From contig OZ037767.1 of the NCBI GenBank assembly GCA_964035545.1, positions 9,372,581 through 9,436,580 on the forward strand: DNA of 64,000 bases, read 5' to 3'. This stretch comes from Bugula neritina (taxonomy: Eukaryota > Animalia > Bryozoa). Within the stretch, counting starts at the first letter, position 1; each line of letters starts with the position of its first letter. A program made the position numbers and the translations under genes. Below are positions 36,459 through 50,900 of this stretch, one piece after another. Below the pieces are notes generated by a model, which was not told the origin of the DNA, made no database searches, and was given only the letters and a program-made list of their open reading frames with translations.

Positions 36459-39400
36459 TGTCAACCTACTCGGCACTTGAACTTTCCTGAAGAATATAAA
36501 AAACTGTTATAGTTTACATAGTGAATAAAAAATAAGCAATCATGGAGTATTTTTACTGATAAGATAGCTGTAGAATATAAAAAGTTGCTATACCTTTATA
36601 GTGGTATCTACAACCTATGCTAATATATTTCATATAATGCAATATGCGAGAAAGATAGTGATGTTCATGCAACAGTTTTGAATGTTAGCAACAAATAAGT
36701 GATAATACTCATTTAAACAACAAAGTTTAAAGTTTATAAATTTAGGAGGAAATGAAAGGCAATAACTACATTAAGTAAGATTTTTAGCCTATTTCTATCA
36801 CAAAAAATATAACTTGATTAGTGTCAGAAACTAGCAGTGAGTTGTGCATAAGACGTAAAAACTTGCTTAAATAAGAGTTGCTAACTTTCACTATATTTCT
36901 GTTGATACTGGTAGGTACTGTAGCACATTATTAATATAAGTTGCAATACAGATTATGCAAGTTTTCAAATATAAACCAACATCTACGAGCAAGTTGTATA
37001 ATGGCCATTTTTACAGATCTCTAATGTGGGCAATTAAATAGAATGAGGATTAATTAATCTCCCCTCACCTTAAAGGCCAAACCAGAATGTAGAAACCCAA
37101 GCTAAGCTGGAATCTGTACTTGCAAGCACCTAATAAAACAAATCCTCTTTTAAGCAAAAATTTTCTTTCAAAAATGATTAAAAAAAGTTTTTCAGGGTGT
37201 AAATGAAGATTAGGAGGTTTTAATCTGCATTCTGTTATATTAATTCACCTAGAGGTGGAGCTTAGTTGGACACTGGGATAATCCAGTGGTTGTATTACAA
37301 GGTAATAACAGCTTAGACTGGAATCTTCAAAGTGGAGACAGATTGGAGTGTATTTATGGGTCTTCCCTCCCCTGTTGCTGTTAATAGCAAATTAATCAGA
37401 TAATAAAATTATAGTAGGCAAATAATAATATAGAGAAGAGAAAAATGATAAAATATAGGAACCGTTACTTAGATGAACTACCATAATAATTTAATGTGTT
37501 GGGCAGTCAGAAATGTATGAGTGTGAGTGTGAGTGTGTATGTGTGTATGATCAGTGCAGTTTATTTACAACATTAACAGAAATAGAATACAAGTTAGCCA
37601 TTCTAAGTTTTTGTATCCTGTGTAAAAACTTATGGATAAATGTCAAATTTACTAGCAGTGTCTACAAAATATTTTGCAGGAATCTTTAGAAAAGGCCTCC
37701 CTAAATAACTAAGACAAATTATTATAAAAACATTGTAGCTAAATTATTATATTAATTATTAAATATAAATAAGCAGTTTTCCCTATTTGTATAATAACTT
37801 GCTGAATGCAATGTATGTATTCTTATTTACTTGCTAAAAAGGTTTGCATGACCTCTAACAATTGTGTGCTTATTTTTTATGTTTTAGTGAATTTTATTTT
37901 AGCCATATAAATGTATTGCAATAATTTGCATTGTGATTACATTATTTGTATTTAATAATTATAATTGTCCCTCATTATAAACAAAATTTTGTTGTAAAAA
38001 CTCAATATTAAGTAATCCACGACATTATGGGGAATTAATAAATACATTGCATAATTTTTGAAGAAAATACTTATTTAATGATATAAAGTAAGTTATAGTG
38101 TGAAGGAAGATTCATTACAATGAACATCAAATGCTTCCAATAATAAACAGCACTTAAAGCTTGCCTATATATAAATTTAATTTTAACATTTGCAAAAAAA
38201 ACATCAAAAGAAATGTCTAAAAACTTGTTGCTATTCTGGCGTTAAAGTTAAAAATTTTTAAAAGTGGTTAGAGATTGTGAAAACTTATAGAGTAATTGTA
38301 CAGTTGCTAGACTTACGGGATAGAAGCAGCACTAGGATCTGGAGCACGGATAGACTCTCACCTTTCTTATCTCTTTAAAGTAATTGTTCTTAATTACATC
38401 TATCCTTCACTGCTGCAAATTAATGAATGGTTGATCTGGTGTGATTCCAGAGATAAAATCTCCCGAGTATTCTAATATTATCTAATCAACTCCAACACCT
38501 ATGCCTCGATTGGTTTACAGTCAATATGTGGTAACCTTACTTACTGTTATTAGCTACAGTCAATGCCTCGAGTAAACTGTATTTAGGTAAACACAATTCA
38601 CGTTTCTCTATGACCTTATTTATCTTCCTTACCTGTTTTTTTACAGTTTTTGCATATACCTATTTATAAAACATTAAATGTAAGAAACTAGATAACGGGC
38701 AAATCTGATTTTAAAAACAACCAAATGTAGCCAATAAGAAGGAAATCAGTCATTATTTCTAAAGCCATCATTGTTTATTCACCTAGCTTCGCCATATATT
38801 TAAAAAAAGGAAGCAAAAGAGAGATTGGTTTGGTGAAATTGTCAGATAGTTTGCATATTATAGATTCACCATCTGCAGTTTGTTTTCAAATCCTATTGAT
38901 GGACTATAAATATGTTAAGTTTTTGGCAAAGCTACGAAATCAGGAAATGAGAATCTATTAATAGCTCAAGCCCAAGACTAGGTTATTTCGCATGACTAGT
39001 TAGTAGTCTATAAAAAGAGATACTCTAAGCAAGAATTTTAAGTAAAATTTTGTAAAACGAATGGCTTTAGCAAATTTCATGCTAGATATTATCTAATATT
39101 CAGGCTGATTTACAATGCATTTAGTGCAGGCAGAGTTATTCTTTAAACTCATGCTTTTATCAACCTACAGTTTGATAATTACAAATAATATTTTTTATTT
39201 CTAGCATCTCTTTAGCATCTCAGAAGAAGTTTAAAACATGTAAAGTTTATCAAGGTGTTTAGTTTCTAAAGATTCCAAAAGATGTTGAATTGTTAGTGAT
39301 ATGGAATATTTTATTGCTAGATTATTTTAAACAAAACAATACAAAATAGAATGCAAAGAGCAGTGGTTTTTTTACCTATTATAGCTTGTATCATACAATA

Positions 39401-41104
39401 TAGTAATACTTACAATCTTATTGCTTCATATCTTTTTTGATCTGAAAATGAATAATTATTACCTGGAGAAAACGAAAAGAAAAGAACATAGAAAAAGTAG
39501 TAATTTTCAGAATGCATTATTATTTTCCAGAGAAGTTTTCAGCCTATTGAGTGATTATCTAAACTACCATAAAAAGCTATCATTTCTTATTAAATTATTA
39601 ATTTTCATTGATGAAGATATTACAGTGTTTGTAAATAAATAGTAATGCAAATCTTAAACCTCATTATTTTCCACTTTTTCTGATATCATAATACATAAAA
39701 TACATTAATATATTAATTGACACCAACATGAAGTAGGGGGCTAGCATTACTGAATTATGCCACTTGTGTTCAGAGGTGCTGTCTTTCTACTCAAACTGAA
39801 ACCTTAATGATGTAATTAGAAACTGTCAGCATTTTCATAGACTTCTAAACTAATCATTATACTTCACACACTCTTAGAAAGTGTTTATTCTAGTTTTAGA
39901 GTGCAAATCATTAATTATTAACAAAACAAAATATTATACGAAATTACGTTTGATCTGCCTTTACCATAGGTCAATATTTGTGATTCTATATAATAATGAA
40001 TTTAAAACCAATAGTTTTATAGCTATACATATAGATTAGCTTGTAGATGGAGTTTTTTTTACAAGTGGAGGTAACTTTGCTGTAACAATTAATTCTATAA
40101 TCTGATTTTCTATGTTATCGCATAGATAAAACTCCTTCTGGAGAAAAAATAGAATACTGTTAAGATTAGGATTTAACTGAATTTGGTTAAATCTGTTTAA
40201 TCTGATATGAACAGGCCCGCCTTTAGCTGTAGTTAAATTCTGTATAAACTTGAGGATTAAACTAGAACATGTATTAATAACAAACAGTCAGGCTGTATTT
40301 ATTACAGTATTAGTATAATAATAGTAATAACTAATACGATAAATATGTGATATAGCACAGATTTGCTACAGATTATCCCTTTGTTATCTGTGGATAATAG
40401 TATTAAGGATAGATTTGTACAGCCTGTTACACAACAGTGGCGACAAATACTGTAGACAATCTGTCATTGCTGAGAAATTAATTCCTAGCGTCAATTATGA
40501 AATATTGCAGTCACCTAGAGCCGATTTTTGACTTGTTGATATTTCACAATAAAATATGCTTTTTGAAAGACTAATGAGTTTATTGGACTGATAGCCTGCT
40601 CTTTGTTTATTTTGAATACCAGTTGGTTGAATTGGATAATATTGCTGTATAGAAGCAGAAATTGAACAATTTTATATTATTTTACTAACAGTTTTATATT
40701 ATGTTATTATTGTGAGGTGATACAATTTTGTAGGTTTGGGACATAATGTAAACTTTCCGGTTATCCTCCAAGGTGCAAAAGTAACACACTAATGTCATAA
40801 AATGTGCTTTTATATTTCCTAGTACGTATTGGCGCACAGATGGTGTCATCAATCACATCATTTACTAGTAGTAGGACAGTATCACAATGACTAAGATAAA
40901 TTTCAATATTATATTTAAGTTATCCTTGTCTGGCAATGGTGTTGATTACTTCCATTCTCTCTGCATTTAGTACAAAAATGTATTGCAGTACATTGCAAAG
41001 CAATGTTTATATCAGGTTCTGAAAATAAATATATGCCACAGCCTTGTCATCCATTAACTTCTGCCATTCCAGAACAGAAATTGAGATATATCCAATTACT
41101 TGTC

Positions 41105-41436
<332 letters not shown>

Positions 41437-44400
41437 CACAATAATTTCATGGTATTGAGCCGACAGTGTCTTACCTGTACGCACTATACACAGCTTAGCA
41501 GTCTAAGACTATAGTAATAGCTTTAGTAACAAATTTGAGTTAATTTAATGTTTATATCTCGGTGTGACATCTAAGCTACTTGCACCCTCTACTCCCCATT
41601 AACTTTTATTTCAAATTATTTGCTGCTCAACCCTAAAAGTTGACGAAGATTAACGGTTTAGATGTTGTAGTATCAGTTAGCAGATTATCGTTAATCTTTA
41701 ATTATAATCCCTTAATATTTTATATTAAATAAATGTTACTCCCTTTACTAAAGAGGTCAAATGCAATTTTTAAGAGGGATTTGGCTTAAAGACAAGCAGA
41801 TAGCTATTTCAGTGAAATGTTACGAAATATTCTCTCAGGATTGGTCACGCAAATGTTAACTCGGATAAAAGAGATTTAGACAGTTGAATTAATATTCATA
41901 AATAAAAAACTAAAGATTTAGTAGCAAAAACTATATTTTTGAAAATGTGATGTGCAGTTTAATTTAACGGTTTGCTCCTGATTATTAACAGACTCCTGGC
42001 AAGGCCTCTTTCAAGAGCAGCTCCTTAGCTTATAATCAATAAAAATATTTGTTGGCTCAACTTGTTTGGCTATCCATTTTTGTTATTTGCAGTTCGTGAC
42101 TGGCGCACAGCTTTGAACAAATACTTAATTCATCAGTGGAAGATTATGGGTTAATTTACAAGGTTTGTAAGAGCAGAGGGTTGGAGATGAAGTGTCTTGA
42201 GTCGGTCTGAGCTAGAACTGAGCTCTAATGTGTCAGTTATACCATCTCTTCTCCGACAATGTGCTAATCCTATGTTCAACATGGGATTATATTGTGAGAT
42301 GTGATTATGTAAAACTCCATGGGAAAATAACAAGAAGAAGAAACACCTCTTAGAATGTCTTTGATCTTACTAGAGCTATTTAACAAAGTCTACGAATACA
42401 TTTTATGTCTTGTCAACTCTACATTTTAATGTCCTTCACACTAAGCACACTTAAAAATCATATTGTAATGTTAAAAAGTATAAAAAATGTATAATTAATA
42501 TTTTTTAACACCTGCGAGAAATAGTGTGTGCTGTAGATCACATTTTGCATACAAAGTTTTATAGTTTAATGTTTTTATTATAGATTAGCTGTTGAACATA
42601 ATTAATATAGACTGAAAGATTTAGGCATAGATAATAATATACATTCCTTTCAGCTATAATAAACTATAGGTACTGTTAAATGAAATACTGAGAAAATATT
42701 GCAATTTCAATTCAAATGAGATTAACTAATTGTGTAAAACTTGTTTGCAACTTTCTAATCCAGGTAATTATCTGTATAAACAGCTAGGTTGTATATAGAG
42801 TATAGAGTGATACATTGTCAACAAATATATTTGTATATATTTTTTTTCAGTTTGTAAAACCTCATAAAGCCAGTTAAGTGTTAAAATTGTTTCATGAATT
42901 TAAACTAAAACTGGGAAGTATTTTTATTAGCATGGTCTTGAATATATGAAGTTATAAAACTTGACTGTATAAATTACATTGGGTTTATATACATGTATAG
43001 ATAATGTGTATATGTTGTGTTTTACATTTTAAATTCTTATTATGTTCTTTGCTTTTGAGAAAATTTCATTTTTAATTAAAATTAGCTCCAGCCACTCAAA
43101 TTAGCAACTATAGCATCTTGCAAGTTTAATGCAACTGTCCATTTACTCTATACTTATGTATAATTTATTTTAAATAATGAATTATAGTAGGCATCTTCAT
43201 TGTGGAAATTGACCTCAAAAAAAGACATTACGAAGCATGAATTAGTCACCTGTTTTTTTACTTTGACATAAATACATGTGGGCAAATACCACACATTTAA
43301 TAAGTGTTTGAGTGGAAAACTTGTTTTATTTTATCTGAAGTGATGTTTTAGAAAAAAATGCAAGTAGCATGTTGATGTAATGTATGAAGTTTTTGCAATG
43401 TTGAAAACCAGAGCATAATGTCACACCTTGAAAAAATATATTTGCCCTATTTAAAAATTTTTATCCAAAGAAGATTTTTATAGTAATAAGCCATAATTTT
43501 GTAGTTACTGATAGCTATCAATGTTGTGTTTAATTAGCGATTGGTATGTGTTATTATTTGTTATGCAAATAAACGTCTATTTAGTTATTTTGTGGTGGAA
43601 TACATCTATATCAATTTTACTTGAAAAGAATTGAATTTTAATTTATACTCAAGTTATACATTTTAAAAATAGATAAAAACTGTTTAATTTAGCACTTGCT
43701 TGACAAAATAAAGGCTAAACATTTACAATCTATTTATATAGTTAATATAAAATTCTAGCTCAATGTTATGTAGAAGGAATAAAGTTATAGTACAATACAT
43801 ACCACTACTGAAGAGTGTCATAATAGTTGTTTCTAATTAGAGTGATGGCAGTGGTAGTTATTTTGCAGACTATAATATACTGAATTACTAACAAATAAAG
43901 GCTAGGTATTTCGTGAAAATTTTGAAATAAGGAAGCTTGCAAAAGTTTATAGTCACTATCCGTGGAAAAATTTAAAATAAAATCTGACACATGATATGTA
44001 TCGCTACACAATAAACAATTATTATGCACTAAATGTGCAAAGCTAAGCTTTTGAGCTAAATTTTCAACTCAATTTTATACCCGCCTATTGAGAAATATGA
44101 TTATTAGAGCAGTAGTAATAAACCAACCTCATTATTTTTTTAAGAGCTCTTCCTAATAAAGGAAGAGGTCAAGGGAGTATATTTAGTATACTTCTCAAAA
44201 AGCTCTTTTGCTAATAACAAAATTTTTACATCGTTGCTTTAAAACGATATATTATTTGCATCTTTTTAAATAAAAATTAATTACAAAGAAGCAGCTTTGT
44301 TAAATAAAAATATTGCTAGAAAAGTTATTGGTCTTAATCTAGAAATGTAGGTGATCATAGAAAAAAACAACAACTAGCAATGAGTAATGACCAATGCAGT

Positions 44401-46773
44401 GGCATTTTGATTTTATTATGTGTGCATATCCTGTGTGTATTATTTAATATGTTTCTATTGCTTCATGCAAATGAATACTCATATGATGAATTTGTGGTTG
44501 TTGTTTCGTTCGATGCAACTATTTCCAACCATCAAATGAAAAATCTATTCGCATAATGTGAAGCTTGGAAAATTTCCAACTTTCATTTAATGACAGAGCA
44601 GATATTGCCATGACTTTATCATAAGTCATGAGTTATGAGTCATGAAAGAGGTGAGGTCATAGCTGAATGAATAGTGAATAGGTTTTCAAGGCCTGTCTAT
44701 ATTAGGGCACTTTTCAAAAAACCCAGCCATCACAAAAACAACAGTCATCACTGTTGTAAAAAATTGATGCTGGTAAAACATGGCAGGCTTTGCACGTTCA
44801 GACAGGTGTTCTCAAAATCAGCTACTCTAATTGGCTGAGCAGTTTAAAAATTATATAATTATTTACCTGTGAACAAGCATAATTGGCCACAAGATTGCAT
44901 GTGAATGTAATTTAACAGGTGCCAAACACACCTACAACCTTTTTGAATATACAAATGTTTGCATGCAGAACAATTGGTTAAGACTGTTGTCTTGTTAATG
45001 TGTTTGTCTTTACAAAAACACCTCAATCTTAAACCACAACTTTTTACACAAAAACCGGAAAATTTTATTTAGAAGTCTTAATGTGTGCTTTGTTTATAGC
45101 TAGAGAAAAAGTGTAATATAAATTTAGCATTTGAATATTTATGGTTAGATGTAAAACACTTACTCCTTGCCTGATACCACTAGGGCCTAAGGTAATTATA
45201 TAAACATTTAAACACTTTTACTGCAAATTTTATTATTTTCAAAGTCATTCTTTATACCGGGTCAAACAGTTAAAAGAGACATTATCTATAACACAGTTTT
45301 CAAGAGTGGTTGCATATATTCTGTAACCAATGTTCATGCTAGTAAAAAACCATATAAAATATAGAAAGCAGAGAAATGTTACTTTTCGTCGTTACAGTTT
45401 TACCATCTGCTCTATATGCGTTAGTGCTTTTTACATATTAAAAGAAACATTACACAGGTAAAACAGAATTCTTTGAACTTTTTAGTACTGAGCTACATAA
45501 ACATTATACTGCCAGCTTTACACTGCCCTACCTAATATATTATAAAACAGCTGAATTGATTTTTATTTGACATTTTTGAATGTTGCCGGTGTCAGCAATA
45601 TTTGTTGACATCATAATAGCTCAAGTAACTTAGCATATAGTTTCAGTTGACCACTATTAGACTATGTCATCTGTTACTACCATTCAGTCTCAAGTCACGT
45701 TCCATTTGAACTAGAAGGTATGGTGCAGACAACTCTAAGGGGATCTTAAGCATCAGGTTTGATGAATAACAGTAATAACTTTGTCTGCTACATTTATTCT
45801 CATACAGATAATGAATAACAGGTTTGAATATGCTAAGATAAGTATACAACACTATTGTACAACACCACAACCTGCTCATTCAATGAGAAGATAACTTACA
45901 ATTAATTTTATAGAGACATGACAGAACTATGAGTAGAACGTAATTAGAGTGATTTATTTACTATTATTAAACTTTAACCCTTTGCATGTAACTAGGAAAA
46001 AATTAACGATTTGACATAATTGCATTATGTCAAGTAGTGAAGCAAATTAGTATGGCTAATAACCTTCTTTTTTGATCCTATTGATAGAAAAATATGTTAC
46101 TTCCTTTATAACAGAATGGTTGGGTAGCTATAACCAGTTTACTGTATTATTTACTGGTGGAGGATTACCCAGATTAAGTCAGCAACAAATACAATAATAT
46201 TGGTTGAGCTGCTTGAAGTTGACAAAGGAGACCCTTCTCTAAGAATTTAGGTAACCAATACCCAAGAAGAAGTGTTGGCAGACATTAGCAGTGTGAGATA
46301 ATGTCACATTTGAAACAAAGATGAGTGCCTTATCCGCCAAGGAGAGGAGACTGTTGTCATAATATTGAAGTATTTGACTATAGAAGAATTGTATTTACAA
46401 TATTTAGTTGATGTTACAGCTTAAAATTCTAAGGAAACAAAGTTTGTAGTTGGGAAATGGTGGCATAAGCACTTCAGGTTTTCGTAGATTTCTTCAAAGA
46501 CAGTTATAATGAGTTTTCGACTTCTTAATGTAAAGAAATGGCCTCTACTTCCTCTATTGATTTGTGCTGATGGATGTTCTGTTTAGCTTTCCTGTGCTTA
46601 GATGGCAATTTGTAAGAGAATCAGTTGCAATAAAATTATGTCCACACGATTAATATAGTTTGGTAATATAAACTAAATAGAGTGAAGAAATGCACCTGCA
46701 GTACTAAGTGTCGCTAGATGAAGTCACAGCTAGCTAATTATTATATAATGTAATACAATATCATATATTATGC

Positions 46774-46893
<120 letters not shown>

Positions 46894-47993
46894 GTATAAA
46901 ATAGTGCATTTAAAAGGTGACATCACTTGAGTGCAAAATATTTTACTGAATTACGGCTATTGTGATTGGTGGATGAAATCATACACCCACCACTTTACTG
47001 TAATGTATACCATTGGAATATTACAGGTTATATGCTACTGCCTATAATTAGAATCTTATATTAGTTTTTATTTTTTACTTGGTACTTACTTCATATTATT
47101 AATATTAAATCAACTGATAGAATTTAGTTTTTATGTAATTATGTTGCCTGCAAGTATACTCACCTGGCATTAGGAACGTATAATTTGCCACAGCATTAGA
47201 CAGCCTCTAATAGGCAGTTTAATTATATATAGAGGAGCATATTCTGCACAACCCAATTTCTAATGTTAAGTCAACTCTAATACAATTGCTTTTCAGCCAG
47301 GCAAACACTTTTTTAATTATTTTATCAGTTGTTCATAATAAAATTGTATAGAATGCATTACTGGTAGATGTTAGCTGATGGATGATTGGAGCATATTATA
47401 CATTATTCTCCTCTAAATTTTCTGAAACAGAAGTAGGAGTATGAACTTTGGTCTTATATAAACTGAGCCCCATAGTTGGTTTCTTTCTGTAGGAAAGTAC
47501 TTAAAATTTGATTGGATATTTATTGCTTAGAAGCAAGTGTACTCTCAACTCATAACTTAGCTGTTAAATTGACTTATATTCAGTAGTAAAACTTCAATTT
47601 TATTACACCGTGAATTTAAATGACCATAAGAAATCTTGCAATGAACATGAAAAGAAATAAATATTGTAGATATGCTTGTACAATGCTTTAAAGAAAAAAT
47701 ATCATGGCTGCACTTGCTTTTCAACCCTCAGCACCTTTGAAGGAAATCTCAGGATAATTGATAAAACTTTACGTTGATCAGCTGGTGCAGAGTAAAACAC
47801 AATCATCTTTTTCTTTCATAAAAATATTGCATAACATATAATTGAATGGCATATTGCTGAACATGATATCCATACTGTTTCTATAACTATTACTAATAAT
47901 CATCATTACAAATAATATTGGAATGTCTAGTATATCAACATAATTACTATATTCTTAGAGTGTCAATTTACAATTATAGAATGAATGCAGTTA

Positions 47994-50900
47994 CTATTCA
48001 AATGAGCACGATGGCTCTTTTTCTTCCATTTCACCAGAGGACAAAATATTCTTGGCTAAGGTAGATAAACTTGGCACGCTGGCAATGTTTTTAGAACCAC
48101 CCCCCGTTTCAGTGCTATAATCACTGCTTGACGTGGGGTCAACAATATCTACACTGTCCAAATCATTCTGGAAAACATCCTTTTTAAAAGCTTCAGTGCC
48201 ACAAATAGAAATTTCAATGTCAGATGAAATTAAATCACTCAAGTCTTTGGATAAAATTGGGAAAGATAGAGAGCTCGCGTTGGTGTCTATTGGTCTATCA
48301 CTTTCATGAACTGTTTTAATTGAATGCACTTCACTTTTATTATCTATTTCGATATTTTGTGTGTCTGCGTCGCCAACTTGCAAAATAAGTTTTTGAGACT
48401 TTTCTTGTTCACTTGAAGTGCCATTATCCAAGATTGAGGCATTGTCTGGCTGGGCGGTCTCATCAACTAGAGAGTTGAATAAAGAGATCTCTACAGGACT
48501 GTTTGTAGATACACCTGGCGATTCATCACCACCTACAGTACAGTTAGTAGTCACAACTCCTGCAGTTTCACTGTTAATGACTAAATCTGAATTAGTATTG
48601 TGAAGCTTTAGTTGTGAGCTTACTTCACTATCCCCCAATAAAGCTAATGAAGATTCCGCATCACCTCCCCCGGAAGGATCAACAACGTAACCTAAAGCTG
48701 AACAAGACTGGTTATTCAGGAGATCATCGGTAGTCATTTCTAGTCCTGCGGTAATTTCTTTAGAGCCTGTAACAGAGTTGGAATTGCAGTTTGCAACAGA
48801 ACTAAGTAGGCTGTCATCTGGAACATCTTTAGCCGTGAAATCATCAACACAGAGATCAACATTATCTGCACCTTGTGCCTTTTCATCTGCAACTGATACC
48901 TCTTCATCTGCACTTTGTATAAAATTATCTGCACCTGGTACAAGATTATCTGTACCTAGTACATCTTCATCTGTACTCCGAACATTATCTGCACTTTGTA
49001 TATCCTTATCTGCACCTTGTGCCTTTTCATCTGCAACTGATACCTCTTCATCTGCACTTTGTATAAAATTATCTGTACCTGGTACAAGATTATCTGTACC
49101 TAGTACATCTTCATCTGTACTCCCCACATCATCTGCACTTTGTATATCCTTATCTGCACCTTGTGCCTTTTCATCTGCAACTGATACCTCTTCATCTGCA
49201 CTTTGTATAAAATTAGCTGCACCTGGTACAAGATTATCTGTACCTAGTACATCTTCATCTGTACTCCCCACATTATCTGCACTTTGTATATCCTTATCTG
49301 CACCTTGTGCCTTTTCATCTGCAACTGGCACCTCTTCATCTGCATTTTTTACAATACTATCTGCAACTGGAGCTTTCTTATCTGCACCTGGTGCCACTTC
49401 ATCTGTACTGCCTACATTATCTGCACTTTGTATATCCTTATCTGCACCTTGTGCCTTTTCATCTGCAACTGGCACCTCTTCATCTGCATTTTTTACAATA
49501 CTATCTGCAACTAGAGCTTTCTTATCTGCACCTGGTGCCACTTCATCTGTACTCCCCACATCATCTGCACTTTGTATATCCTTATCTGCACCTTGTGCCT
49601 TTTCATCTGCAACTGATACCTCTTCATCTGCACTTTGTATAAAATTAGCTGCACCTGGTACAAGATTATCTGTACCTAGTACATCTTCATCTGTACTCCC
49701 CACATTATCTGCACTTTGTATATCCTTATCTGCACCTTGTGCCTTTTCATCTGCAACTGGCACCTCTTCATCTGCATTTTTTACAATACTATCTGCAACT
49801 GGAGCTTTCTTATCTGCACCTGGTGCCACTTCATCTGTACTGCCTACATTATCTGCACTTTGTATATCCTTATCTGCACCTTGTGCCTTTTCATCTGCAA
49901 CTGGCACCTCTTCATCTGCATTTTTTACAATACTATCTGCAACTAGAGCTTTCTTATCTGCACCTGGTGCCACTTCATCTGTACTCCCCACATTATCTGC
50001 ACTTTGTATATCCTTATCTGCACCTTGTGCCTTTTCATCTGCAACTGGCACCTCTTCATCTGCATTTTTTACAATACTATCTGCAACTGGAGCTTTCTTA
50101 TCTGCACCTAGTGCCACTTCATTTGCACCCTGTACATTTTCATCTGCATTCTGTATATCTTCATCTGCATGTAGAACTTCATCATCTGCAACTGGTACTT
50201 CATCGTCCACACTTTGTAAATTATCTGCACCTTGTACCTCATCATCTGCGTCTTGTGCTTCTTCATCTGCAACTGACACCTCTTCACCTGCACTTTGTAC
50301 ATTATTATCTGCAACTGGAACTTCATTATCTGCACTTTGTAAATGGTTTAATGTTGCATCAACATGCTGGATAACCGGGCTCGTATGATAACTTGTAGAC
50401 TCAGAAGCTCCTTTGCTGGCAGACACCTGCACTGTTTCTGGTGTGAAAGACTCTCCGCGGTAGAGTTTTATATTTGCTAAACTGTCTGCAGTTGGAATAG
50501 TTGATGCCACAGAGACAGCGCCTAATGGATCTAAATACACACCAGCAGCCTTAGAGGCTGGGTTGGTATGCATTGTTGTAGCTGTAGTAGTGCTGAAGTC
50601 AACCCCCAGGGAGGATGCTGGCGTTTCAGTCACTGGAGTTGCTGAGCTGATGGATAAAGCAGCACCTATAAATACACACAAGCTTACTATATATTATTTA
50701 TATGTAGGCTGAGAGCACAATTCCAAACAATAGCTACTTTTCAAATGCAGTGCTCCCACTTTATCTCACGGAAATCGGTCTTATGATATTCCATAGGTCA
50801 CGAAACGGGCTTGGACCCCGTTTTGTGGCTTAGCTGTGTGTATAGGGTCAGAACGGCCAAATTTAACGGATCCGAGAGTTAAATCTAGAATTCTACTATG

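Noticed and set aside
48778-50388. 536-aa plus-strand ORF (and nested 49284/49307/49716/49739 ORFs) antisense to the last PPP1R37 exon
   Set aside because: Coincides with the coding tandem repeat; a stop-free unit repeated gives long shadow ORFs. No independent gene signals.
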